Positions 13,540-26,831 of a stretch of DNA of 64,000 bases are shown here, piece after piece (position 1 is the stretch's first letter; every line of letters starts with the position of its first letter). The stretch covers positions 68,820,001-68,884,000 of the forward strand of contig OX597820.1 in NCBI GenBank assembly GCA_951406725.2, in the 5' to 3' direction. Source of the DNA: Octopus vulgaris. Its lineage: Eukaryota. The position numbers and the translations under genes were made by a program. Under the pieces are notes generated by a model. It had not been told where the DNA came from and did not search any database. It worked only from the letters and a program-made list of their open reading frames with translations.

Positions 13540-13960
13540 GGACCACCAGGTGTACCACCATGTTCCTGACATTTGTATGGTATTGTCTTTTGAAAATGTA
13601 GAAGCATATTTGCATTCTACAGAAATTTTGGTTTGTTGTGGCATACAACGTTTCCATTCTGATATTATTTAAGTGCTAAACTCCCACATTTCTATTTCTA
13701 TTATTATTATTATTATTTTGGTCACATCAACGTGAAGGTATTTATATAGATTTTCATAGTGAATTCCTTTGTCAAAACTAACGTTTACTACCTTAGATAA
13801 TTTATAACTGTGGTGCATTTAGCTCATCCACCTGCACATTTTTATAACCTGGTTGAAGATATGAACAAATTTCAATCTGTTCCACTGGGTATTAATTTTG
13901 TTAAATATTTAAAGTCTTCTGTAGATGAATGATCGCTTATAACATCTTTACACTTTGATA
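13540..13960 (-). pseudogene. highly decayed non-LTR RT-core fragment (R4/Dong-like)
   Basis: Minus strand shows remnants resembling K-C-x-x-V (gctaaatgcaccacagtt) followed by Y-K-Y-L (tataaatacctt), with a decayed YxDD-like stretch upstream; many frameshifts. Confidence 0.35.
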
Positions 13961-14080
13961 CATTTATTCAACAAGTTTGATTTCTGTAACTTTATAACCT
14001 ACGGTAAACAACAAACACACAGACATATTTATCTACAAAAGAAAAAACTGACAAACAGGTTCAAATAGACAGGTAGACAT

Positions 14081-14836
<756 letters not shown>

Positions 14837-14885
14837 GATAGATAGATAAATAGATAGATAGATAAATAGACAGATAGATAGATGA

Positions 14886-14932
<47 letters not shown>

Positions 14933-14945
14933 GATATATAGATAT

Positions 14946-15563
14946 GTTTCTTTATTAGCCACACAGGGCTGCACACAGATAGAACAAATTACAAGGTAGA
15001 GCTTTTCTTTTGAAGGTTTAAGAAAAAAAAAAAAAAAAAAAAAAAAGGAAGGGGGAGTTTCGATCAAAAGGGATCGTAAAAGGAGAGAAAGAGGACAAAA
15101 AAAGGGGGTTTAAAAAAAAGGGGGGAGGAAAAAAATTGATCAATAGGGATCGTTATCACAGAAATGTCAATATGAAGTGTAAAGGGGAGGACAGGTGAGG
15201 TTTACCCGTGCAAAGAAAAGCCTACGGAAAAGACCACGGTAACCTCGGTCAATGATGTCACATTTTATATTTCTTTTTTTTTTTTTTTGCAAATAAGCAA
15301 CTCTCTGTTTTCGATTTCTGGGTTCATAGGACTATGCTCAAGGTGGCTTCGTCATTCATACGTGCCATTCTTGCTACATTCACCCATCTTTTTTAAAACA
15401 TTCGCTAGACAAAACTTGCCTCTCTACTCTCACTTTCCTTTTCAAGTGGTACTTGAAGAAGTTGATGAGAGATTGACCAGAGAGGAAAGTGTTTGTCTCC
15501 AATACTTTCAGACGCGTCCACCAGATACATTCTTTCGCCATAGCCACAAGGATGATGAAAATA
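14946..15563 (-). mobile_element. 5'-truncated Tx1/L1-like non-LTR retrotransposon 3' end (ORF2 C-terminus plus 3' UTR) within (GATA)n
   Basis: Minus ORF IFIILVAMAKECIWWTRLKVLETNTFLSGQSLINFFKYHLKRKVRVERQVLSSECF resembles the AK-x-x-IW-x-x-R C-terminal pattern of Tx1/L1 ORF2; structured 3' UTR ending aataaagaaac; (GATA)n on both sides. Clade assignment from memory. Confidence 0.6.
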
Positions 15564-15604
15564 ATAGATAGATAGATAGATGGATAGATAGATAGATAGA
15601 TAGT

Positions 15605-15663
<59 letters not shown>

Positions 15664-15765
15664 GTACACAAATAGATAGATAGATACACAAATAGATAGA
15701 TAGATAAATAGAAATAAAAAGAGATGACACCAGAGAAAAACAAATGTTATGTAATGAGCTTCATT

Positions 15766-15846
15766 AGCTTACAGCTGTTTCTGCTTTGAGATGTAGTGGA
15801 CTCTTAGATGAGTATCAGGATAACATGCTAGAGCTTCATCAGAGCC
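15766..15846 (-). ncRNA. type I hammerhead ribozyme motif, intact core, long stem II
   Basis: Minus strand: GGCT-CTGATGA-A GCT...AGC A-GAAA-CAGCTG-TA-AGCT; stem I GGCU/AGCU, palindromic stem III CAGCUG, GUA triplet. Hand-folded. Confidence 0.6.
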
Positions 15847-16027
15847 TTGGATGTGAAGTGAACATTATTTGCGAAAGTTATATGTTCAGAACATACAGGG
15901 CGTTATTAGTGAGAAAGTTTATGTTGATGGCTATGGAAAGTATGCAAATATACGCATGTGCTGAGGATACGATTAAAAGGTAGATATATGGGTAGATGCG
16001 CACACCCGTTGATATACATACATGCAT

Positions 16028-16073
<46 letters not shown>

Positions 16074-16104
16074 GCATACATACATACATGCATACATACA
16101 TACA

Positions 16105-16169
<65 letters not shown>

Positions 16170-16716
16170 TAAACACTATATACTGAACACTATATACTGA
16201 AGCCCTGTTTAACTGTCAGTATTCTAATTATGTGGTAAAATTTCTTAAAGAGTCTGAAAAGGAAATGTTTCCTTATATTTAATTTTCAAAAATCATTATT
16301 AGCCTTCAGACATTTTACTTACGAATACTCAACCAGTCAAAAATTTTCCATTTTACATACCATTCCAATTTTAAAAAATATTTATATATTTTTTTGTTTA
16401 TATATTTTTCAGAATTAGATCTAAACAAAAAAGTTTACAGTTCTCAAACACAACGTTGTGCTTAAAGTGATGGTTAAATTTATAGGATAAGGGTTTGGGC
16501 GGTTTTGGGTTTGTGCTTAAGGTTACAGTTTAGGCTTTAGGGTAAAATTTAGAGATGGGATACACAACATGGAGTTGTAGAGGGTATAAGTAATTGCCAA
16601 AACAGAAAAGAAGAAAGAAAATTGTGGTTATTTTTCCCTTTCAGACAAAATCGAAATTTCTATTGTTTGAAGCATAGTAATGCCGCAGGTATGTATGCTT
16701 GTGTGCGTGTGTGTAT

Positions 16717-16774
<58 letters not shown>

Positions 16775-16803
16775 ATATACATATATACATATATATATAT
16801 GAT

Positions 16804-16857
<54 letters not shown>

Positions 16858-16882
16858 ACATATACACGTTTATATACATACA

Positions 16883-16922
<40 letters not shown>

Positions 16923-18473
16923 TAATGAGTCGAAAGATTGAAGATACGGGAAAGTTTATTGATCACTACAATTGTTTCGACTCATGTGGCATCGATATTT
17001 ACATGCATGTATGTATTTATGTATGTATGTATATATATATACATACATGTGTGTGCATGTGTCTGTATATGTGTATGTGTGTAATTATATATCATGCATA
17101 TACATGGAAACACACTGAACTTCTCATGCACATCTATCTGACAGACATATATTATGTATATCTGTCATTAGAACTGCTAGCTCATTGAATCAATGTGTAA
17201 GAACATTCCACGGACTATTTAGGCATTTTCCAACCCAAATCAGCATATGGTCGTACCTTTGCAATTGTTTATACAATCCATCCGACAGATCTCGTCAAGC
17301 CAATTTAATTGAGGATGTTTTAGTCGACCCGCAGCTGTAGAAAACGGTAGTTACCCAAAATGTCACACAGCAAGATCGAGCTCGGGACCTTCTCATTTCA
17401 AGGGGAAATTCTTCCCTTATCTTCCAGATTTAATTTACATAGTCGCACACACACATGCGCGCCTGTACGCGAACTATCATGTACTCTCACATACACATGC
17501 ATAAATACATATATATATACATGCATAACATAACATAATATAACATATCATAACACGTTCATTGGCTCTCACATGACTTAAAGTTTCGAAGGTACAGAAC
17601 ATGTCCGCGTCTTCAAATTTTGAAGTTAGGATTTAGAGAATTTAGAAGAAATTTAATAAGCTTCTAGTTGAGAATATTTAGTGCTTCATAGAACAGTTCA
17701 AGTGAGGCGGCTGTTTTAAATGTATTAGTGTCATCCATAGCTTCCTTGGATGCTGCGCTCGGTGGGTCAGGCAGGATCTTGCGTAAGTTAATTAGCGTTC
17801 TAATGGGTGCGAAACAGGACATTCTTCGGATGTAAGGATAGGGAAAACGTCAGCTCTCTGTTCCATTTCATCTCGGGTCACCGGGACCATGGAAATGACT
17901 TCTTCAGAATCACATTAAACACCGTTGTCGTGAACCTTATTTATTCGGCTGGAGTTCCTGATTTTTATTTGTGTCTCTGTAAACTACACAAACTCCCTCA
18001 ACTTATATCTATTAACAGTAAAACCGGCCGAACTAGTGTTGCCATCAGAGAGACAGCCAACCAATGAACCTCAAGCAATTCGACACTGATAGAACGAATA
18101 CATCACGCTAGCCCTACCTAGCACATGTACAATGGCTGCTCTTAGAAATTGTAGTCAAGTTTCATACGACCATCTTGTTTTGCTACGTCAACATTCTGTT
18201 TACTCTACCACGTGGAAAAACCTGATGAAAATCGCGATGAAAAATTTGATGTCGCCAAAGTAGTTAAAACAGGTAAATATCTTGAATCCGTAGAGATCTA
18301 AATACAATCACCAAACAACTACTTTAAGTTTCTTTTAAATTACCTCTACAGTGATTATAGACAATATATATTCATATTGTGCACTCACCACAAAACTATA
18401 GTTAATGGGAAACTGAGTTAATCTGTTATTAAATATAGAGAGCCCGAACTAAATGAGCAGTCTGAATATAAGG

Positions 18474-18600
18474 GAGTGATGCTTGAGCTGTGAAATCTTG
18501 CATGCGCTAATTTCATTTATACTTATTAATACCTGCATTGTTTTCTTCCAGATAAACCTTCATCTGACTGTTCAAAGAACAAGTCAGCTGTAACTGGTAG
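18474..18600 (+). repeat. old dispersed repeat, paralog of 35363-35489
   Basis: Colinear 127-bp similarity sharing gagtgatg, gagctgtgaaat.ttgcatgc, ttccagataaac, tgttca and gtaact. Confidence 0.75.
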
Positions 18601-18828
18601 TGACAAGCAACAGGCTTAATTTTATTCAGCTGAATACACGTCATTGATTGGTTGAAATTACCGAAATACGACAACTTTAACACGAAATAACTTTGAACAT
18701 ATAAACGTTTCTCAACAACACTAAGAGTAAAAGATGTTTTATATGACACATTCTACCAGTGTCCGAAATTTGAAAGTGTTTAGTTACAAAAAGTTAATTT
18801 CTCGATCTGCCGTTCAAAGGGTAAAGAT

Positions 18829-19056
<228 letters not shown>

Positions 19057-19155
19057 ACACAAACTCACACTCTCGCCTAAAATGCAATTCTGTTGTTTCC
19101 TTTTACATATTTATTAATAATTCGGTCGATGTGAGTGAAATAGATGATGTGTGTA

Positions 19156-19186
<31 letters not shown>

Positions 19187-21071
19187 CCATGTGTGTATGG
19201 TCTGAATATGTGTAGTAATATGTGAAATTGGTTTGCTTTCATTTCTGTCATGTGTTTCAATGAGTGGAAAGGTATAGCAACAATGGGTCTTTCTTATTCC
19301 TTACTCCTAAGAAAATTAGCACGAAAATAATTGAATACTATTCATCCGTTTCTTTTGTCTTCTAAACTCCACTGACCTGAATAATATTATCTACTGGTGC
19401 CTATCTGGAATATACCACCGATTAATGACGTTTATATTGATCTCTCTAACGTTATTATTTCAGCTGATATATTAGACTAAATACGAAGACAATGATAGTT
19501 GCTGTAACGGAAATTAGAATTCACCACCTTGCTTTTTTAGTTGTTACATTATCAGAAAAATAATACGAGCATTACATTTACAAATAGCTGCAGATAATCC
19601 TGAATAAAATGGAACAATAGTATTTATTATCATCTTTGTAATGTCTGCTTAAAAATGTTAGAGAATCGGTAATGGAGCATATAAACTTTTTTATCCAAAA
19701 ACTAAATAGTATATTACGTTATGGACTGCAGATAACTGATACAAACCTAACACAAGTTAGACTTCCACTGGTCTACCGTTGCCGATATTGCCATCACACC
19801 AACATTCCTCAAAATATTTCGACTAAATTTAGAATTTGTTAGACAGAAGTTAATTTTAATGACTTTCACCATTTCTCTTACCACAGGCTCTTATCGTTTG
19901 CCTTGAAGGGATTAAAATAATCGCAACTTTGATCGAGTAAAGGATATATAAGGCCGCTAAGAAAACTGTATGTTATAACGAAAGGCGATTTACAAGTTGT
20001 GACGTCCATATTTTCTCAATGGAGTTAGCAGTAAAGGTGAAAGTATATGAAGTAGCTTAAGCGAAACGATACCTCTGATCAAATTTTCCATGCAGAATGC
20101 TGTACTGTTTCTTGGCCAGGAAGTCAAATGGAAAGGTGAATGAATATATAATCTCGAACAATTACACGCAAAAAACCCGAACAATAGTTGACTGATATTG
20201 ATAAGGTAGCGTCAAAGATCAGAGGAAAAACGAGATCTGTGTAATTTCTAGTCTATAAAACGGCTCTCCGTATTAGTTCAAAGTATTGGATTATAGAAGA
20301 GGTATTCTATATTTAGTGTACAGAAAATCTTTTATAGAAGAGGTTTTCTATTCTTAATGAACAGAAAAGCGTTCAATTAATTAATTCGAATAATTAATCA
20401 ATTAAAAAGTTTGGTTTGCACATTTCTATAGTGTGAAGTAAAAAAATTATATTTTCATTTCTTGCTTTTCTTGTGGCAAAATAAAAGCCAGAGACAGAAT
20501 TCGGAATTATCACTTTAGCTGCAAATTTGTAGTAAAGTAAATCAGAACCTTTTTCCATGTTACAGGAACCAGGTTGTTGCGAAGCAAGCTTCTTATCACA
20601 CAGCACTGTGAGAGCGTAAGGGAGGAAGAATCAGTTGGTGCCAACTCGTATTGATTCAGGACTATTGCCGCTACAAGATTTTATACTGGACTATTCTAAG
20701 GTAAATATTTCACCCAGTTCATTTTCTTTTAAAATTGAACACAGCTTAATACACATGACCACCACTACTTAATCTGCTACTGGTTATTAGTTAACTCTGA
20801 TACTGATATGTTCAATGAGCAAATTCCAAGTTGATGGAGTTGGATGAGTTTCTGATTATGTATTTTAGGCATATGGTACTAAAACGATAAAGAGAGAGAA
20901 ATATGCGTTAAATTTCAAGAAATATTGGTCAATCACTAATACTCACTAATATCTTATTTCTTTTCCAGGTATGAGAGAAAGTTGCAGGATATGTTTCGGT
21001 ATTACTCAACATCAACAAGGCTACATCTGTAACATGTTGAAGCTGGAATTTATTGAAATAGAAACACAACT

Positions 21072-21368
21072 TTGTGAGTAAATTTGGTAGACGGAAACTG
21101 AAAGAATATATATATATATATATGCATATATATATATATGCATATATATACGTGTGTGTGTGTGTGTGTGTGTGTGTTTGTCCCCCCAACATCGCTTGAC
21201 AACCGATGCTAGTCTGTTTACGTCCCCGCAACTTAGCGGTTCGGTAAAAGAGAACGATGGAATAAGTACTAGGCTTACAAAGAATGAGTCCTTGGGTCGA
21301 TTAGCTTGACTAAAAAGGCGGTGCTCCAGTATGGCTACAGTCAAATGTCTGAAACAAGTAAAAAAGTG
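21072..21368 (+). mobile_element. SINE family B, 5'-truncated, with internal microsatellite
   Basis: ttgtgagtaaatttggtagacggaaactgaaagaa-(TA/TG)n-gtttgtccccccaacatcgcttgacaaccgatgc...gaaacaagtaaaa. Confidence 0.88.
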
Positions 21369-21467
21369 TATGCGATATATTTTATTATTTCATTTCTTTT
21401 AAAGACGGTTGAGAAGCAGAGTCAACAGAACGTAGCAGAAAGTAAGCTTTACTTTACTACGAGTGTG

Positions 21468-21600
21468 TCTACGTTCTGCGTCCTTTCATTCTTTCCAGGG
21501 TCTATAAAATAAATTACCAGTAGAGTACTAGGATCAATGCAATCGACTGACGCCCTCCCTTCAAAACAGCTTGCCCTAAAACTAAATTAGAAATCGTTAT
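21468..21600 (+). mobile_element. decayed SINE family A fragment
   Basis: tacgttctg...cctttcatt...aaattaccagtagagtactaggatcaatgcaatcgact matches the family A body and tail. Confidence 0.55.
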
Positions 21601-21938
21601 ATTCTCGTATTTTATACAGTATTCAATGCAAACTGAAAATTATGGGAACTTTGTAGATTTATCATTAAATGATTTCATGTATATATTTATCATGAAATGT
21701 TTTCATTAATAAATGATCTTTAATAGCTTATGAGCAATATGATAAATATGCTATTTTGCATTGTTGCCTAATGTTACTTTTTTATAAAACACACATACAC
21801 ACATATATTTGCATATATAAAGAGGATATAAATCACAAACGTTTTGCAGTCTTGATTCCTTTATTCGAACATGGTTTTGTGCATATATATATTTATATTT
21901 ATACAAAGATACACGCATAGATAAATATACATACACAC

Positions 21939-21984
<46 letters not shown>

Positions 21985-21986
21985 GA

Positions 21987-22045
<59 letters not shown>

Positions 22046-22462
22046 ATCTCACATTACTAAATACATGTAGTTATGAGATTTGATGCTTACTTCGGTATAT
22101 ATACACCAATTGGTTTAAGCTAGTATAATTAATGAATAGCCGTAGGACACACAAGTTTTGTACTACATTATTTACAAAATATATCATATCTCCGAAATCT
22201 AACGTGCTTAATTTATTTTCACAAACTCAAACAGCTGCATAGAGTGAGTTAGTTGTATTAAAGTTAGTTAAATATATGATACAAATGTTAGTGATCAAAT
22301 ATATGTTCAGACCACCTATTAATTCTATAGTGGTTTATATGTTATTAAGGAAACGCTCAGGAAAAATTAAATATGATTTTCAGGCCGATGTATTTATTTA
22401 ATATGTAATTATGGTTTCAGATTCAATTACAAGTCGAGTGATTTTAGGGGATATTATGTTTG

Positions 22463-22609
22463 AATGCATCAACTTCACTGCATAACTGGAATTTTTTTTT
22501 TATTGACCTCGAAAGGAGAAGAGGCAAATCCACCTCAGAATGTAAGGCCGGAAGAAATACTGCCAAAAGTTTTCTACAGCGGGCTAAAGATTAAGCAGGT
22601 CACCGCCTT
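22463..22609 (-). mobile_element. decayed SINE family A copy
   Basis: cactgcataactgg...attgacctcgaaagga...ggcaaa...ctcagaatgtaag...gaaatactgc...caccgcctt parallels 4720-4870. Confidence 0.65.
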
Positions 22610-23276
22610 TAGTTACTGTATGATTGTTGTCCTGATTTACTAAGCCGGTGTGTAATAGTTCTGTTCGGTTTCAATTATAGCGTGTTAAGGACAACATTTT
22701 AGAAGATTCATTAGTGTACTGAATAGAATAGCTTGAGTATTTTTTACTTTCTGTTTTCTAAATTTCAAATAGCACAATGTCAACTTAGCGCTCCCTACTT
22801 TCAATGTCGGGAAGAAACTATCAATCCAGATTGGTGGAACTTTTAGAACATCGGAGAAGACGTCTTGCAAATATTTACTGGTTCGTTGCGTTCTGAGTTT
22901 AATACATGAAACAGCACTGGTACCAGCTTACATCAGCTGTAGTGCACTGGTCATTACCTAGGACAATTTTGAGGTCGTGGAGATTGAAGATTAACACGCA
23001 TAGACACATATAAGTTTTCAAATATATGTGAACTGAACATTTCTTCTATTTGGCGTCGACAGAATCAAGAACTACTCAAATACAGGGGAGTATGGTATCC
23101 AGTGATCAACTCCCATCAAAATTTCTGGTCTTCGGCTTAAAAGAAGCACTTTGTTCCAACATTAAACAGCTAAATTCAATATCACAATGGAATAATAATT
23201 TGTCTGTTTTCAGTTATATCATTGGTAATATGCTTGTTTGTATTTATGTAGGAATGTAAGTATGTGTGCAAGTGTC

Positions 23277-23339
<63 letters not shown>

Positions 23340-23484
23340 AAGTGAATGAGCATATATTCATTCCAAATAGTTTTGATTATTACCCATTATAATTAGAACT
23401 ATATTGACTATACATACACACACTCACACACATCTATATATTTATATATACACATATAAATATACAAACAAACATGCGTATATG

Positions 23485-23571
<87 letters not shown>

Positions 23572-24185
23572 AGAGAGAGAGAGATAAATAGATGGAGAGA
23601 TACATACATACACACATATATTAATATACATACATACACACATATATATAGTAGTTGAGGTAATTATAATTATAATTTCCGGTTATCTGCAGTATTAGTA
23701 AACAAATAATGAGTTAGCCCTCCTCAGAAGCTTTCATGCAACAGTGATGACATCGATATCATCTGTAATGCTGAAGAAACTCAATATCGCTGTAAACTCG
23801 CATAAGACAAGAAGGAAATGGAGCGGATGCGCTAGTTATGAAATATTCAACGCCAACAGAACACTAAGCCCGAGAGTAAAATATGCTGAGCTTATTAAGC
23901 ACATATAACATAAATAACGTATTTCTTAAAGAAATTTCATTCTAGGCTATTACTGAAAACTAGTTGGTTAAGCATAAGTAATTTATTTACTGTCATTTAC
24001 TTTCTTTATACGCCCAAAGACATAGAAAAATGTTTCATAACTGTTTAAATATGTCTTTGTTATCGTTGATGTCACTCGCATGTTAAAACTGAAATACCAC
24101 CCACAGACTGAATGTTGAACAGTACATTATCTAAACGTTGTTAACATAAAATCGCAAAATACTCGTTTATGCTTGTAATATCTTG

Positions 24186-24376
24186 GGCGGCTACGTGGCA
24201 CAACCGTTAGCCCATCGGTCAGAATGCTTAGTAGCATTTCTTCTGGCCCTTCTGAGTTCGAATATTCCGCCACAGTCAAATTTGCCTTTCATCTTTCGGT
24301 GTCCATAAGATAAGAACTACTTGAGTAATGAAATTGATGTAAAATTGCTGGCCTTGTGCCAAACATTTGAAACCGT
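24186..24376 (+). mobile_element. decayed SINE family A copy
   Basis: ggcggctacgtggcacaaccgttagc...gaatgcttagtagcatttc...ttctgagttcgaat...tttgcctttcatc. Confidence 0.7.
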
Positions 24377-24783
24377 TTACGTGAGTAATGTACGAAGTAC
24401 TTAGATCACACCTCGAATTACATTCAAATAACAGGTGCTTTCATATAGTTACTGAGAACTTCAGCTCTGCATCTTCAGGGATTAGCAGGGAGTATGTAGT
24501 CTTCACCAAATGAATAGATATGAATTCGAAAAAATAAATCGTCAGCATTGGAATATTGCGTTAGTAACTTAGCGGTTAGTAACTCATCGGTTTATTTAAG
24601 ACAGCACCTTAGCAGTTTTGTCGTATTCATATCTATTCTTCCGGAGATGGATACGTATTCGGCAGAGGATATCGATAGAATAAGTTTGAAACTTACAAAA
24701 GTCTCTACCGGATTTAATTTTTCTGACTTCATGGCTGAGAACTATCATGACCACAGTATATAAGATATATAAAGTAATTTTTT

Positions 24784-25155
24784 TTTGCCAACAGAATGTG
24801 GCATTCCTTTACAAGGACGATGTTACTGTTGTTTAGCTCCAAGAAAACATCTTTTCCAGGCGGCTAACAACACATAGTTTGTGGCCGAATCGTAAAAGTA
24901 AGGGAGGTCATCGATCCCATGTCTAGACTTCGTGATACTCACAGACCCAGGTTTCTGAGTTGTTTCTCGTCATCAGTGCGAGACAATCACAGGCTAATGA
25001 TGAGGGATCACTCAACTTGCTTATACTATATACTTTTTAAGCGATACACAATCGCTGATCTCATAAAGAGAAAAACGGCTAGTTATAAAGCTCTGGGCGA
25101 TAGATATGCAGTAACTACCTAATAGTAAAGTTTATTTGCCAACAGAATGTGGCAT
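24784..25155. repeat. 21-bp perfect direct repeat pair, 351 bp apart, enclosing the hammerhead
   Basis: tttgccaacagaatgtggcat at 24784-24804 and 25135-25155. Confidence 0.85.
24932..24990 (-). ncRNA. type I hammerhead ribozyme motif, intact core, GUC cleavage triplet
   Basis: Minus strand: GTGAT-TGT-CTCGCA-CTGATGA-C GAG AAACAA CTC A-GAAA-CC TG GG-TC-TGTGAG-T-ATCAC; stem I 6 bp plus a 5-bp extension; predicted cut between 24944 and 24943. Hand-folded. Confidence 0.72.
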
Positions 25156-25414
25156 AAAGAAATCAAAATCGATACAACATAATGAATGCAATTCAACGGG
25201 GCTCATGATCGCTAGTAAGATGTTATTTGTTACTTGATCCTGATAATAAATTATGATATTAATTGTTAGCTCGTCCCTATATTTCTGTTTGCTTACATAC
25301 TTGTTTTTCATTCATGACTTTATATGTACATGTTATTGCACTTGAGAATGTCTGCTTTATATATATATACACACACATCTCTCTCTTTCTCTCTATCTTT
25401 CTCTTTTTCTGTGG

Positions 25415-25481
<67 letters not shown>

Positions 25482-25500
25482 TATAGATAGATAGATAGAG

Positions 25501-25551
<51 letters not shown>

Positions 25552-26466
25552 CAGACAGATAGTTATACACACACACATATATATATATGTATGTATGTAG
25601 ATTTTTTGCTTGTTCGCGCGTGGGTCTGTATCTGTGTATGTCTATATATCTATATTTATGAGGAAGCAGGATGTGTGCGTGAGTGTGTATGTAAATATGA
25701 GTCTATGTATTTGTATGCACATGTGTTCTCGTATATTGGCATCTGGCTCTAAATCTCAAGGATTCAAAATGAAAGCTGTTTGCTTCGTAAATGTGCAATA
25801 GCATTAAGAATAGCGAGAGCAATAAGAGGAGTATGTGGAGAAGAAGGTGAATATATCACAATCTTCCATAACAATTAGTGACGTCGTGAAATGTCGGTCG
25901 AGCTGCTAGCTCTTGCTAAACACCTCCGATTAGTAGCCTGAAGCCAGGTGATGTTAGAAAGCCTAGAGTCATGGTGCGCAGTATGTGTGTGGTCCTATTT
26001 AATTGTGCAGGTGTAATAGTAACACTGAATGAACCGAGTCAGAAAGACGTATTAGAGAAAACATACAATCTGTGAGGTGTCAGGTGAAGAACCCTTCAGG
26101 AAATTTAACCGTTATAAAGACCAACTACAACAAAGTATTGTGTTTAAGAAAACTATACATTGTAGCTTTATTGCTAACAATTCATACCATTCATTCGATG
26201 CACTTTCATTCAGACATTTGTGTTTTCTTACTTTCGTTAGCAACATATATGTTCAAGTAGTTTAAGATTGTATATAGCTGTTTAATGTTCGGAAAACATA
26301 TATTATCACTAAATCGATTTAATCTTTAACAAACCTTTTATTCGGTAGCGTATAAATGTATATTATTTGCATATGTGTGCATGTAATATATATGTTCGTG
26401 CGTGTATGTGTTTATGCGTATGTGTGTCTGCGTGTCTATAGCTGTTCGTATGTGTGTGTGTGTGTG

Positions 26467-26610
26467 TGTGTAAATATGTACGTGTGTTCGTGTGTAAATA
26501 TGTACGTGTGTGCGTGTGTAAATATGTACGTGTGTGCGTGTGTAAATATGTACGTGTGTGCGTGTGTAAATATGTACGTGTGTGCGTGTGTAAATATGTA
26601 CGTGTGTGTG
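26467..26610 (+). repeat. 24-bp minisatellite, about 6 copies
   Basis: Unit taaatatgtacgtgtgtgcgtgtg starting at 26471, 26495, 26519, 26543, 26567 and 26591. Confidence 0.95.
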
Positions 26611-26831
26611 TTTCTGTGTCTTAAAGCGTACGGTTACTGGAAATTCGTTTATCCTTTGTTATTTTATCAAAAGCGTTATAAAATCTACATACATGCACAA
26701 GCCAAACATACATTGTTTAATACATGTACATACTTATATGTACATATGTGTGTATATGATATGTGTACTCACACACATACGCGCACACGTACGCACACAC
26801 ATACACATATATGTAGATATGTATGTATTTA

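Noticed and set aside
16470-16560. TTAGGG-like interstitial telomere sequence
   Set aside because: Only scattered degenerate units; no true tandem array.
17570-18130. GC-richer block, possibly a decayed LINE ORF1 or exon
   Set aside because: No recognisable motif or sustained reading frame; left unassigned.
18222-18250. CTGATGA...GAAA hammerhead candidate
   Set aside because: No stem I partner and no valid UH triplet.
20291-20368. Short tandem duplication ttatagaagagg...acagaaaa
   Set aside because: Ordinary slippage duplication, like those at 16166-16200 and 60791-60839; no further structure.
23655-23730. Minus-strand CTGAGGA...GAAA with palindromic ATTATAATTATAAT
   Set aside because: Stem I cannot form; AT-rich palindrome is likely by chance.
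25921-25977. cacct-ccgatta...gaaa...gagtc-atggtg hammerhead-like relic
   Set aside because: Two core changes and a poor stem III; too degenerate to count without a family consensus.
26467-26610. CRISPR-like regular repeats
   Set aside because: Contiguous 24-bp units with no unique spacers, in eukaryotic context; a minisatellite.
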